A DNA stretch of 64,000 nt from positions 11,520-75,519 of the forward strand of contig JANPFD010000221.1 of NCBI GenBank assembly GCA_031423255.1, read 5' to 3'. Under the pieces are notes generated by a model. The model was given only the letters and a program-made list of their open reading frames with translations, had not been told where the DNA came from and made no database searches. Shown piece by piece: positions 1 through 11,107 of this stretch (positions are counted from its first letter, which is position 1; each line of letters starts with the position of its first letter). The position numbers and the translations under genes are program-made. The DNA is from Myxococcales bacterium. Lineage in GTDB: Bacteria; Myxococcota_A; Polyangia; Fen-1088.

Positions 1-1
1 C

Positions 2-1087
2 GAGGTGGATCTGAAGGCCAGGGGCATCGACCTGCAGAGCCCGGCCATCGATCGCAGACCCTGGCGGGGTCTGGGCATCGAGGCACACGCGACCGGCAGC
101 TACTCGGGGCAGACCGGCAAGATCGAGCTGCGCTCCGGCGAGGTGCAGGCGCTGGGCGCGAAGCTGGCCATCGAGGGTTGGACAGAGCTGGGGCCCATGA
201 TGGCGATGCGCGGGAACTGGACCGTGCACACGCCCCGGAACGCGCCGCTCACCTGCCCGCTCCTGCTGGGCGCGCAGCCAGATCCGGTCAGGGAGGCGCT
301 CGCGGGCCTGCGGATGGCGGGCCGCCTCGGGCTCTCGGCGTCGCTGACCTTCGATTCGCAGTCCTGGGAGGCCCTGGCGCTGGACTTCGCGTTCGGCCCG
401 ATGTGCGACATCGTGGCGGAGCCCCGGGTCCTCTCCGAGCGGCTGGATGTGCTGCGCGCAAAAGCCCCCGCCCATGCGGACGATGACCTGCCGCTCGGGC
501 CGCAGCACCCGAACTTCGCGGGCATCGATGGCATGCCGCCACACCTGCCGGCGGCGTTCGTGACCGCCGAGGACGGGCGGTTCTTCACACACAAGGGCTT
601 CGATCTGGAGATGATCCGCCGGGCGCTCGCGCACGACCTGGAGACACGCGCTTTTGCCAAGGGCGGGAGCACCATCACCCAGCAACTGGCGAAGAACCTG
701 TTCCTCACGCCCAGCCGCACGCTGGCCCGCAAGCTCGAGGAGATGGTGCTGGCATGGCGGCTCGACCATCTGGTCGACAAGCGGCGCCTGCTCGAGCTCT
801 ACCTGAACATCATCGAGCTCGGACCCGGGGTCCGCGGCGTGAAGCAAGCGGCGCGTTTCTACTTCGGCAAGGAACTGGCGGAGCTGAGGCCGATTGAATC
901 GGCGCACCTGGCGGCGCTTACGCCGAATCCGCAGGGGTACGCGCGACGTTTCCGTGACGGAAGAGTCGACGAGGGCTGGCTGCAGCGGCTGTACGATCTT
1001 CTGGGCATGATGAACCGCAGCGGCAGGCTGTCACGCGATGATCTGTCCGCCGCCCGAAGCGGGACACTGATGCTGCGGAAGATCTGA
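2..1087 (+). CDS. Peptidoglycan transglycosylase (GT51, MtgA-like) domain protein, 5'-partial
   Basis: GT51 motifs TAEDGRFFTHKGFD, GGSTITQQLAKNLFL, RKLEE, LYLNIIELG; the frame is open to the window edge. Confidence 0.85.
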   Translation, partial: EVDLKARGIDLQSPAIDRRPWRGLGIEAHATGSYSGQTGKIELRSGEVQALGAKLAIEGWTELGPMMAMRGNWTVHTPRNAPLTCPLLLGAQPDPVREALAGLRMAGRLGLSASLTFDSQSWEALALDFAFGPMCDIVAEPRVLSERLDVLRAKAPAHADDDLPLGPQHPNFAGIDGMPPHLPAAFVTAEDGRFFTHKGFDLEMIRRALAHDLETRAFAKGGSTITQQLAKNLFLTPSRTLARKLEEMVLAWRLDHLVDKRRLLELYLNIIELGPGVRGVKQAARFYFGKELAELRPIESAHLAALTPNPQGYARRFRDGRVDEGWLQRLYDLLGMMNRSGRLSRDDLSAARSGTLMLRKI

Positions 1088-1111
1088 AAGATCTGACGCT
1101 ATACTTCCCCG

Positions 1112-1657
1112 ATGAGACTTCACCTGGCGGCCTGCGCGCTGCTCGTGTCACTGGCCGCGCGCGCCGATGCGTCGCAGGTCCTGGCGCTGGGGCTCGACGA
1201 GCTGACGTCGCGCGCGGACCGGGTGGTGCTGGGCGAGATCGTCGACCTCCGTAGCGCATGGGACGCCCAGCGCCGTCATATCTTCTCGACGATCACGGTG
1301 ACGGTATCGGAGAGCTGGAAAGGCGATCTGGTTCCAGGGCGGCGTCTGACGATCGTCCAGCCCGGCGGTGCCGTGGGAAAATTCCAGACCATCGTGCACG
1401 GCATGCCGGCGTTCGCCGTCGGTGAGCGTGCGGTGCTGTTCGTGCGCGCGGGTGACGGCGGAGCGGTGGTGGGCATGAGCCAGGGCAAGCGGAGCCTCCG
1501 ATTCGACGGCCCTGCGCAGACCTGGATGGCGGATCCCGCCGATCGCTCGGCGGTGGTGAGCATCAGAGCGGATGGCCGACTCGCGCCTGCGACTCCCGAG
1601 GCCCCGGTTCCGCTGAACGAGCTGCGCCGCCGCGTGAAGGCGCTCGTCCGACGATGA
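1112..1657 (+). CDS. Secreted hypothetical protein, coupled to the downstream metalloprotease
   Basis: Signal peptide MRLHLAACALLVSLAARADA; stop overlaps the next ATG (ATGA); TATACT lies 6 nt before the ATG. Confidence 0.7.
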   Translation: MRLHLAACALLVSLAARADASQVLALGLDELTSRADRVVLGEIVDLRSAWDAQRRHIFSTITVTVSESWKGDLVPGRRLTIVQPGGAVGKFQTIVHGMPAFAVGERAVLFVRAGDGGAVVGMSQGKRSLRFDGPAQTWMADPADRSAVVSIRADGRLAPATPEAPVPLNELRRRVKALVRR

Positions 1658-2562
1658 ACGCGCTTCGATGGATCGCGGCGGCGACGGTGGCTCTTCAGGC
1701 CGCAGCCGCGCAGGCGTACGTGCGGACCAGGACAGAGAGCAACGCCGCCGTGAAGTGGGTCTCGCCGTGCGTCCCGCTGGTGGTCCACACCGGAAACCCG
1801 CCGCCGAATCTGACGACGACCCTGTTCCTGCAGGCCTCGCAGGCGGCGGCCGAGGCATGGAGCAACGGCCCGATGCTGACCTGCTCGGGGCTGAGCCTGA
1901 CGGTGACGACGTCGCTGACGAGCAGTAGCGATGCGAGGGACGACAGAGCCAACCACGTCACCTTTCGCCGCCAGCGCTGGTGCCACGAGCCCGCCGATCC
2001 GAAGATCGGTTGCTACGACCCGGCGGCGCTCGCGATCACCACGGTCACGGCCAGGAAAGACGACGGTGAGATCGTCGATACGGACGTCGAGGTGAACGCC
2101 GTCAACTTCATCTGGGACGATCTGGTGATGAACCCGGATGCCAAGCTGACCGCCCAGGACCTCCAGAACACGCTGACCCACGAGTTCGGTCACGTGATCG
2201 GCATCGACCACAACTGCTACGTGGGCGGGCCGGGCGCACGGCCGATGGATCACAGCAACCAGCCCGCGCCGGACTGCATCGGGTCGTCGATGCAGGTGAT
2301 GCAGCAGACGATGTACGCAGCGGTGGTCCGCGGCGACACCACCCGCCGGACTCTGGGTGACGACGACAAGAAGGCGGTCTGCGACGTCTACCCCTCGTCG
2401 ATGGGGATGGCGGGGACGTGCATGCCGCCGGGCCCCCCCGACGACGGCGGGGGTTGTCGGATCGTGCCCGCTTCCAGGCGCTCTGCGTCTGCGTTCGCCG
2501 CCGTGGTGGTGGGCGTGGCGCTCGGGTTCAGGGCGCAGCGGCGACGCCGATCTCGATCCTGA
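1654..2562 (+). CDS. Matrixin-like (metzincin) zinc metalloprotease with a MYXO-CTERM-like sorting tail
   Basis: HEFGHVIGIDH zinc motif, Met-turn TMYA, signal peptide, C-terminal GGGC then hydrophobic stretch then RRRR. Confidence 0.8.
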   Translation: MNALRWIAAATVALQAAAAQAYVRTRTESNAAVKWVSPCVPLVVHTGNPPPNLTTTLFLQASQAAAEAWSNGPMLTCSGLSLTVTTSLTSSSDARDDRANHVTFRRQRWCHEPADPKIGCYDPAALAITTVTARKDDGEIVDTDVEVNAVNFIWDDLVMNPDAKLTAQDLQNTLTHEFGHVIGIDHNCYVGGPGARPMDHSNQPAPDCIGSSMQVMQQTMYAAVVRGDTTRRTLGDDDKKAVCDVYPSSMGMAGTCMPPGPPDDGGGCRIVPASRRSASAFAAVVVGVALGFRAQRRRRSRS

Positions 2563-4603
2563 CGTCGCGCACCGAGGGCACCCGGCGCGAGGTGCCCGCC
2601 GGAACCTCGACTGTCTGGACGGCGGCCTCGTGGTGCTGGGCGTTGATCTTGATCGTCCATGATCCGGGTGCAAGGCCTAGCAGCGTGAACGCCGCGCCCC
2701 GGATGTCGACTCTGTCGGGACGCGCGCCCTCGGGGCCGGTCGCCTCCAGGTCGTAGCGCGTGATGAAGGCGGCCGAGCCGCGCTCGCGCACCTCGCCCTG
2801 GATTCCCCCGGGGCGCGGCAGGTCGATGGCGACGCGGTCACCGGCACGGGCGACGCGGGCGCCAGCGGCGAATTCGGCGTGGCGAGCTTCGATCACCACG
2901 GACGCGGTGGGCAGGCCGACCAGACGGAACCTGCCGCCGGGATCGGTGGCAGCCGAGGCGAGTGTGAGCGGCGCCGACGCACTCGACAGGTCGGCGATGG
3001 GACGTGGGGCCCAGGGGGAACCCGGGGCGGCCGTCAGTGCCGCCGGCGGCGTCCAGGCGGCGACCGACGCCCGCGCCACCGGACGCCCCGCGGCGTCGCG
3101 CACCTGGCCTTCGACCACGCCGGTGGCCACGGGTAGCCGCAGCTCCAGAGCCGGCGGCGATCCCTCGGCGCGCACCGATGGGATCGACTGCGGCGCGCGC
3201 TCGGGCGCCAGGCCGATCAGCAGGTACTCACCGCGTGGGACCCTGAGTGAGAAGCGCCCCTCGCGATCGGAGGCAGCGCGAACGGACAGGCTCGACGGCG
3301 CGCGCATCGGCCGCGCCTCCACCCGGGCCCCCGGTAGCGGCCGGCCGCCTTCGTCGAGCACCCGGCCCGTCAACTGCACCCCTGACGGGAGGGCCAGGTC
3401 TCCCAGATCCTGGGCGTCGCCTGGTGCGAGCAGGATCGGCTCGCGGCGAAACGGCAGCGCGTCTGCGTGGGCAAGGTCCAGTCGGATCCGGCCCGGCGGC
3501 ACGTCGTCGAGGCGGAAGCGTCCCCGGGCATCCGTGATCGTGGTGCGCGCCCTGCCCCGCCGTGCGAGCGTCTGACCCGGCAGTCCCGCCGCCTCGGCCG
3601 CCAGCGGCAGTGCGCCCCTCAGCACCGTCAACTCGTCGTTGCCGCCGACGAGGCCGACGATCGACACCGCCACCCCGGCGAGCGGCTTGCCCTGCCCATC
3701 CATCGCCCGGCCCGATAGACGGGCCGAGCGCGCCAGCCGGAGCTGGACGCTGCTCGGGGTCTCGGGCCGCAAGCGCAGCTCGGGCGCATCGAGAAGGATG
3801 TGCTGAGGAGCGCGCGCCAGGAGTTGGTAGCGGCCGGGGGGCACGGGGCCGATGGAGAAGCGGCCGCGATCGTCGGTGGTGCCGAGCTCGGGCAGGTCGT
3901 CGACCGGCAGCGCCGTCAGCTCCAGATTCACGCCGGCCAGTGGGCGCCCGACCTCATCGGCCACCGTCCCCTCGACAAAGGCGCCCGGTTCCAGCGTGAG
4001 TCTCACGGGCGCGACCCACGATGTGGCCTCGTCGATGATGGTGGAGGCGGAGTCCGAGGCAAGTCGGCCGGCCGACGCCCGCACACTGTAGCGGCCGCGT
4101 CCCAGGCCGCGAAACAGGAATGCCCCCCTGGAATCGGTCTCGCCTTCCCGGGGGACGCGCAGGTTGACACCACCGAGCCGCACGCGGGCGGCGATCTTCG
4201 CGCCCAGCACGAGGCCGCCGAGCGTGCGGCTCTCGCCCTCGAGCGCGAGCACCAGCGGCTTGCCGGGGATCGCGACGCGGTCGATCTGCAGGGTGCCGAA
4301 ACCTGGCGCTTCGGCCAGCAGCGTCCAGTCGCCCCGGTGCAAACCGTCGAAGGCGAATCGACCGTCGGCGCCGGCGCGCGCCTGCCTGACGTCCTGCTGG
4401 CCGCGGACGCGCCCCGCCGGCCAGATCAGGACCAGCGCGTCGGGCAGCGGGTGCTCCTTCGCGTCCTGCACGACCCCCTCCAGCGCCTGGTCGGCTACCA
4501 GCCTCGAAGGAGACCGTGCGGAGGCGTCGGACGGCGTCCCGGGTTGCCGGCGGCACGCCATGCCGACCATCGCTACCAGGGCCAGATGACTTGCTAAACG
4601 CAT
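2528..4603 (-). CDS. Lipoprotein with tandem carboxypeptidase-regulatory-like beta-sandwich repeats
   Basis: Lipobox-like VGMAC; repeated GxVxDxxGxPlxGa and TDxxGRFxxxxlxxGxy units. Confidence 0.75.
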   Translation of the reverse strand: MRLASHLALVAMVGMACRRQPGTPSDASARSPSRLVADQALEGVVQDAKEHPLPDALVLIWPAGRVRGQQDVRQARAGADGRFAFDGLHRGDWTLLAEAPGFGTLQIDRVAIPGKPLVLALEGESRTLGGLVLGAKIAARVRLGGVNLRVPREGETDSRGAFLFRGLGRGRYSVRASAGRLASDSASTIIDEATSWVAPVRLTLEPGAFVEGTVADEVGRPLAGVNLELTALPVDDLPELGTTDDRGRFSIGPVPPGRYQLLARAPQHILLDAPELRLRPETPSSVQLRLARSARLSGRAMDGQGKPLAGVAVSIVGLVGGNDELTVLRGALPLAAEAAGLPGQTLARRGRARTTITDARGRFRLDDVPPGRIRLDLAHADALPFRREPILLAPGDAQDLGDLALPSGVQLTGRVLDEGGRPLPGARVEARPMRAPSSLSVRAASDREGRFSLRVPRGEYLLIGLAPERAPQSIPSVRAEGSPPALELRLPVATGVVEGQVRDAAGRPVARASVAAWTPPAALTAAPGSPWAPRPIADLSSASAPLTLASAATDPGGRFRLVGLPTASVVIEARHAEFAAGARVARAGDRVAIDLPRPGGIQGEVRERGSAAFITRYDLEATGPEGARPDRVDIRGAAFTLLGLAPGSWTIKINAQHHEAAVQTVEVPAGTSRRVPSVRDVRIEIGVAAAP

Positions 4604-4640
4604 CGGCCGATGCTAATCGTACGCCCCTTCGGAGAGTGTC

Positions 4641-4832
4641 ATGCCAGCGCAGTGTGCCATCTGTAGCAAGCGACGTCGGTCCGTCAACAACGTCAGCCAT
4701 GCGAACAACAAGACGAAGAGCATTCAGCGGCCGAACCTGCAGCGTGTGCACATCGAAGAGAACGGCACCCGGAAGCATGTCCGGATCTGCACGCGCTGTC
4801 TGCGCTCGGGCCTCGTCACCAAGGTCGCGTAG
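4641..4832 (+). CDS. rpmB: 50S ribosomal protein L28, zinc-binding form
   Basis: CAIC...NNVSHANNKTK...PNLQ...ICTRCLRSG; GGAG SD upstream. Confidence 0.95.
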   Translation: MPAQCAICSKRRRSVNNVSHANNKTKSIQRPNLQRVHIEENGTRKHVRICTRCLRSGLVTKVA

Positions 4833-4836
4833 CTCT

Positions 4837-5229
4837 CTAGACGACCACCGCCACGGCGTCGATCTCGACCTGAGCGCCCTTCGGTAGGCCTGCGACCTGG
4901 ACTGTGGCGCGGGCGGGCGGCGCGGCCTTGAAGTAGCTGCCGTAGACCTCGTTGACGTGGCCGAAGTTCTGCAGGTCGGTGAGGTAGATCGTGGTCTTCA
5001 CAACTGCGTCGAGCGAGGCGCCCGCGGCTTCGAGCACCGCCTTCAGGTTTTGCATCACCCGGTGCGTCTCGGCCTTCACGTCGCCGGCGCCGACCATCTC
5101 GCCGGTGGCCGGATCGAGAGGAATCTGGCCCGAACAGAAGACGAGCTTGCTGGCGACGACGGAGATGGCTTGCGAGTAGGGTCCGATCGCCTTCGGGGCG
5201 CCGGGGCTTGCGACGGGCTGTCGTGACAT
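4837..5229 (-). CDS. ridA: RidA/YjgF family reactive-intermediate deaminase
   Basis: APKAIGPYSQA, SGQIPLDP, PPARATVQVAGLPKGAQVEIDA; start taken at MSRQPV. Confidence 0.92.
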   Translation of the reverse strand: MSRQPVASPGAPKAIGPYSQAISVVASKLVFCSGQIPLDPATGEMVGAGDVKAETHRVMQNLKAVLEAAGASLDAVVKTTIYLTDLQNFGHVNEVYGSYFKAAPPARATVQVAGLPKGAQVEIDAVAVVV

Positions 5230-5251
5230 GCGGGCATGATACCTTGCCCTG

Positions 5252-5587
5252 GTGAAGTCACGCCGCCGCGCGCGCAACGTCGAGCCCCAGACTGCGGCAG
5301 ACTTGATGGGGGCGACGCTGGCACGCCTGGGCGGCGATGGCCGGGCCACCGAGAACCGTGTGTTCACGGCTTACCGGAACGCTGCCGGATCGCTGCTGAA
5401 CGCGCGCACCGAGCCGGAGTCCGTGCGCGGGCAGACGTTGTTCGTGCGCGCATCCAGCTCGGCGGTCGCACACCAGCTGGCGCTGCTGAAGGCGGAGATC
5501 CTCGGACGCATGGGCACGGAGGAGGTCAACGATCTCCGCACGCGCGTCGGGCCATTGCAGGCTAAAGCGCCGCACGGAGACCGCTGA
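5252..5587 (+). CDS. DUF721/DciA family protein
   Basis: Size and pattern (TEPESVRGQTLFVRASSSAVAHQLALLKAEIL) typical of DUF721. Confidence 0.7.
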   Translation: MKSRRRARNVEPQTAADLMGATLARLGGDGRATENRVFTAYRNAAGSLLNARTEPESVRGQTLFVRASSSAVAHQLALLKAEILGRMGTEEVNDLRTRVGPLQAKAPHGDR

Positions 5588-6367
5588 CGAAGCGCTCGAG
5601 GGCGGGCACCGGGTCCTTCCCGGCGACTGTCGCCTCCTGGATCACCTTCACCGCGGCGCTGCCGACCACCACGCCGTCGGCGAAGAGGGCCACCGACCGC
5701 ACCTGCTCGGCGGTGGCGATGCCGAAACCGACAACCACCGGCAAGCGGTTGCCCGTCAACTCGCGAATCTCGGCCACGTGGCGGCGTACGCCCTCGAAGG
5801 CGGCGTCGTCGAGGAAGCGGCCGGTGATCCCCGTCAGCGACACGTAGTAGATGAAGCCGCTGGCCGCCGCGCCGATCGCCTTCACCCGTTTCGGCGTCGA
5901 CGTCGGAGCAAGAAGCGGAACGAAATCGAGGCCTTTCTTCGCCAGAGCTGAAGTGAGCTCGGAGGCCTCATCGGGCGGCCAGTCGACGCACAGGACGGCG
6001 TCGGCGCCCGCGTCGTGGGCGGCGCCGGCAAACGCCTCGGGCCCGCGCACGAAGATCGGGTTCGCGTAGCCGAACAGCACCAGCGGCAGGTTCGGCGCCT
6101 CTGCGCGCACCCGACGGCAGAGCTCCAGCGACGCGCGCATGCCGCCGCCGGCTGCGATTGCCCGCCGCATCGCCCCCTGGATCGCCACGCCGTCGGCCGA
6201 GGGATCGCTCCATGGCACGCCCAGCTCGATGATGTCCGCGCCCGCCTTGTGGGCCGCGAGCACCAGCTTGCGGCCAGTCTCCGCGTCCGGATCGCCCGCG
6301 GTCAGGTAGATGACCAGCGCCTTGCGCTTTTCCTGCTTAGCCTGCGCGAACGCGCTCGCCAGGCGGC

Positions 6368-6371
<4 letters not shown>
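5562..6371 (-). CDS. trpA: Tryptophan synthase alpha chain
   Basis: [49 protein letters not shown]; GTG start overlaps the trpB stop. Confidence 0.95.
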
Positions 6372-7576
<1,205 letters not shown>

Positions 7577-7612
7577 TGGCAGGGCGTCACTATATGCCTT
7601 TGCGACCTCGCC

Positions 7613-7900
7613 ATGTCGACCCTGGACGACAACCTCGACGCGCCGTTCGATCCGACGAAGCGACGGCTCTGTCCCGACGAGACCTGCATCGGATTGCTCG
7701 CGCAGGAGCAGGGGGGTGACGACCGTTGCCGGGTGTGCGGACGGCGGCCCGGTGAAGAGCCCATGGCCGCCGCCGTCGTCGAGGCCGACGAGGGCTCGTC
7801 TTTCGCCTCGGGTCGCAAGCTATGCCCCGACGGATCCTGCATCGGCGTCATCGGACCCGACGGGCGCTGCAAGGAGTGCGGCCGGGCCGAGGTGGCGTAG
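7613..7900 (+). CDS. Small protein with two tandem Cys4 (zinc-ribbon-like) repeats
   Basis: [13 protein letters not shown]...RCRVCG and [23 protein letters not shown]; real 3' part of listed ORF 6494..7900. Confidence 0.75.
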   Translation: MSTLDDNLDAPFDPTKRRLCPDETCIGLLAQEQGGDDRCRVCGRRPGEEPMAAAVVEADEGSSFASGRKLCPDGSCIGVIGPDGRCKECGRAEVA

Positions 7901-8260
7901 GTGCCCTCGGTCGCGATCATCGGCGCATCGAACGACCGCAACAAGTACGGCAACCGCGCGGTGCGGGCGTACCAGCGCCAGGGCTGGACCGTCTACCCCG
8001 TCAATCCGAACGAGCGGACGGTCGAGGGGCTGGCCGCTTTCGCGCGCATCACCGACATCCCGGACACCATCGACCGCGCCTCGCTCTATGTGCCAGCGGC
8101 GATCGGGCAAACCTTGCTCGCTGGCATCCAGTCGAAGGGAGTGGGCGAGCTGTTCGTGAACCCGGGCGCCGAGAGCGACGCGCTCACCGCCGAGGCGCAG
8201 CGACTGGGGCTCGAGGCCATCTACGCCTGCAGCATCGTCGACATCGGGGAGCGACCGTGA
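7901..8260 (+). CDS. CoA-binding protein (YccU-like)
   Basis: VAIIGASNDRNKYG, VYPVNP, NPGAE, C-terminal C. Confidence 0.85.
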   Translation: MPSVAIIGASNDRNKYGNRAVRAYQRQGWTVYPVNPNERTVEGLAAFARITDIPDTIDRASLYVPAAIGQTLLAGIQSKGVGELFVNPGAESDALTAEAQRLGLEAIYACSIVDIGERP

Positions 8261-9204
8261 TCTTCCCTCCCGTCGTCGAGAACATGATCCAGCTCATCGG
8301 CGGCACGCCTCTCGTGCGGTTGCAGAAGCTGCCCGGGCCGCAGAGCGCCGACGTGTTCGTGAAGTGCGAGCAGTTCAACCCGGGCGGCTCGGTGAAGGAC
8401 CGCGTGGCGCTGGCGATGATCGAGCTGGGCGAGCGCGAGGGCAAGCTGCTGCCCGGCAAGTCGACCATCGTCGAGCCGACTTCGGGAAACACCGGCGTCG
8501 GGCTGGCGCTGGTGTCGGCGGCGAAGCGCTACCGGCTGATCCTGACCATGCCGGACAACATGTCGGCCGAGCGACGGATCCTGCTGAAGGCCTACGGCGC
8601 CGAGGTGTACCTGACCCCCGCGGCCGAGGTGATGAACGGGGCCGTGCGCAAGGCGATGGAACTGTGCGCCGAGAACCCGAAGTTCGTGATGCCCCAGCAG
8701 TTCAAGAACCCGGCCAACGCCGAAGCCCACCGCCGCACGACGGGGCCCGAGATCGTCGCCCAGCTCGAGGAGGCCGGAAACCGCGTCCCCGATGCCTTCG
8801 TCGCCGGAGTCGGCACCGGCGGCACCATCACCGGCGTGGGACAGGTGCTGCGACACCGGTGGCCGAAGGTGAAGATCGTCGCGGTCGAACCGGCGCGAAG
8901 CGCGGTGCTGTCCGGTCGCGCGCCGTCCGCGCACAGGATAGACGGAATCGGGGCCGGGTTCGTGCCCGACATTCTCGATCGCAGCGTGATCACCGAGGTG
9001 CGGACCATCGAGGACGAGGATGCCCAGCGGGTGAAGCTCGAACTGGCGCGACGCGAAGGACTGCTGGTCGGCATCTCGGCCGGTGCGGCAGTGAAGATCG
9101 CGCTGGACGTCGCCCGCGAGCTGGGGCCGGGCAAGACGGTCGTCACCGTGCTGCCCGACACCGGCGAGCGCTACTTCAGCTCGGACGAAGCGTTCGAGAG
9201 ATGA
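8257..9204 (+). CDS. cysK: Cysteine synthase A
   Basis: NPGGSVKDR, EPTSGNTG, MPQQFKNPAN, GVGTGGTITG, HRIDGIGAG, LPDTGERY. Confidence 0.92.
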   Translation: MIFPPVVENMIQLIGGTPLVRLQKLPGPQSADVFVKCEQFNPGGSVKDRVALAMIELGEREGKLLPGKSTIVEPTSGNTGVGLALVSAAKRYRLILTMPDNMSAERRILLKAYGAEVYLTPAAEVMNGAVRKAMELCAENPKFVMPQQFKNPANAEAHRRTTGPEIVAQLEEAGNRVPDAFVAGVGTGGTITGVGQVLRHRWPKVKIVAVEPARSAVLSGRAPSAHRIDGIGAGFVPDILDRSVITEVRTIEDEDAQRVKLELARREGLLVGISAGAAVKIALDVARELGPGKTVVTVLPDTGERYFSSDEAFER

Positions 9205-9842
9205 GCGTGCTCGTGATCGGCGCGGGAGGCCTGGGCTGCGGGGCGGCCATGGGGCTGGCGGCGGCGGGCGTGAAGATGACCGTCATCGACGACGACGTGG
9301 TGGAGGAGTCGAATCTCCACCGCCAGGTGCTCCATACCGACGCGTGGATCGGCCGGCCGAAGGTCGAATCGCTTGCCGCCGCCGTCCGTGGTGTCACGCC
9401 CATCCGCGGTCGCTTCGATGCCGGGAACGCCGCCCGGCTCGTTGCTGCGTGCGACGTCATCGTCGATGGCTCGGACAATCTGCCCACGAAATTTCTGGCG
9501 AACGATGCCGCGGTGCTCGCCCGCAAGCCGCTGGTGCATGCCGCTGCGATCGAGGGCTGGGGCCAGCTCTTGACGGTGCCCGCCGGTGGCCGCCCTTGTT
9601 ACCGTTGTCTTTTCGAGGATCTCCCGCCGGCCGGCAGTGACGCCGGCGCGTCGTGCGCCGAGATCGGCGTCCTCGGCCCCGTGCCAGGGGTACTGGGAGC
9701 GCTCCAGGCGGTCGAAGCGCTCCGGATCCTTCGCGGCGAAACTCCAGTCTTTGCGGGGCGTCTCATCCGGTATGATTCGCGCTCCATGACGTTCCGGACC
9801 GTGCGTTTCCAGCCGAACCCGACCTGCGGGGCGTGTCGATGA
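9201..9842 (+). CDS. MoeB/ThiF/HesA E1-like adenylyltransferase lacking the N-terminal RYxRQ segment and a rhodanese domain
   Basis: GAGGLG, DDDVVEESNLHRQ, DGSDN, CYRC, SCAEIGVLG, CGAC; begins directly at strand beta1. Confidence 0.88.
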   Translation: MSVLVIGAGGLGCGAAMGLAAAGVKMTVIDDDVVEESNLHRQVLHTDAWIGRPKVESLAAAVRGVTPIRGRFDAGNAARLVAACDVIVDGSDNLPTKFLANDAAVLARKPLVHAAAIEGWGQLLTVPAGGRPCYRCLFEDLPPAGSDAGASCAEIGVLGPVPGVLGALQAVEALRILRGETPVFAGRLIRYDSRSMTFRTVRFQPNPTCGACR

Positions 9843-11089
9843 GTCTCGTGAAGGGCCTGCACTGCCGTGAGTGCGACAAGACCTACCCCAAGCAGCCGAT
9901 CCACGTGTGCGAGTACTGCTTCGGCCCGCTGGAGATCACCTACGACTACGCCGCCATTGCCAAGATATTGACCAAGGCGGTGATCGACTCGCGGCCGCCG
10001 TCGATGTGGCGGTACGCGGAGCTGCTGCCGCTGGATGCGGCGCCAACGGTCGGCCTGCAGACCGGCATGACGCCCCTGGTGAAGGCCAACCGCCTCGCCG
10101 AACGCCTCGGCGTCAAGGAGCTGTGGGTCAAGAACGATTCGGTCAGTCACCCCACCCTCTCGTTCAAGGATCGCGTGGTGGCGGTCGCCGTGTCCAAGGC
10201 GCGCGAGTTCGGCATTCCGATCGTCGCCTGCGCCTCGACGGGCAACCTGGCCAACGCCACGGCCGCCCAGGCGGCGTCGGTCGGCATGAAATGCGTGGTG
10301 CTCATCCCGCATGACCTCGAGCCGGCGAAGATCCTGGCCACGACGATCTACGGCGCACGCGTCGTCGGTGTGAAGGGGACGTACGACGACGTCAACCGAC
10401 TGTGCTCCGAGATCGCCGGCAAGTACGGCTGGGGCTTCGTCAACGTGAACCTGCGGCCGTTCTACGCCGAGGGCTCGAAGTCGTTCGGCTACGAGGTGGC
10501 CGAGCAGCTGGGCTGGAGGCTTCCGGCGCACATCGTGGTGCCGATGGCGGGCGGATCGCTCATCACCAAGATCGGCAAGGCGTTCAGCGAGATGCAGAAG
10601 CTGAACTTCGTCGAGTCCGCCAGGACCAAGATCCACGGCGCCCAACCCGAGGGCTGCGCGCCGATCGCGTCGATGGTGGTGGAAGATCGCGATGTCGTGA
10701 AGCCGGTGAAGCAGCCCCAGACCATCGCCAAGTCGCTGGCCATCGGCAACCCGGCCGACGCCTGGTTCGCGCGGGCGACGATGCTCAACTCGGGCGGCTT
10801 CGCGGCGATGCCCGGCGACGACGAGATCATCGATGGGATGCGGCTTCTGGCCGAGACCGAGGGGATCTTCACCGAGACCGCCGGTGGGGTGACCATCGGC
10901 GCGGCCAGGCGCCTCATCGCCCAGGGCAGGATCGGCCGCGACGACGGACCGGTGGTCCTGTGCATCACCGGCCAGGGCCTCAAGACGCAGGATCCGCTGG
11001 TAGAGAAGTTGCCAAAGCCTGAACTGATCGGCCCGCGCCTCGGCGATTTCGATCACCTGCTCGGTGGACCGCTCAAGCAGTTCGCATAA
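9839..11089 (+). CDS. thrC: Threonine synthase-like PLP enzyme
   Basis: N-terminal CREC...CEYC, HPTLSFKDR, ASTGNLA, NVNLRPFYAEGSK, ITGQGLK; actual activity uncertain (see findings). Confidence 0.8.
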   Translation: MSLVKGLHCRECDKTYPKQPIHVCEYCFGPLEITYDYAAIAKILTKAVIDSRPPSMWRYAELLPLDAAPTVGLQTGMTPLVKANRLAERLGVKELWVKNDSVSHPTLSFKDRVVAVAVSKAREFGIPIVACASTGNLANATAAQAASVGMKCVVLIPHDLEPAKILATTIYGARVVGVKGTYDDVNRLCSEIAGKYGWGFVNVNLRPFYAEGSKSFGYEVAEQLGWRLPAHIVVPMAGGSLITKIGKAFSEMQKLNFVESARTKIHGAQPEGCAPIASMVVEDRDVVKPVKQPQTIAKSLAIGNPADAWFARATMLNSGGFAAMPGDDEIIDGMRLLAETEGIFTETAGGVTIGAARRLIAQGRIGRDDGPVVLCITGQGLKTQDPLVEKLPKPELIGPRLGDFDHLLGGPLKQFA

Positions 11090-11107
11090 CCACAAGGAGA
11101 CCAAGAC

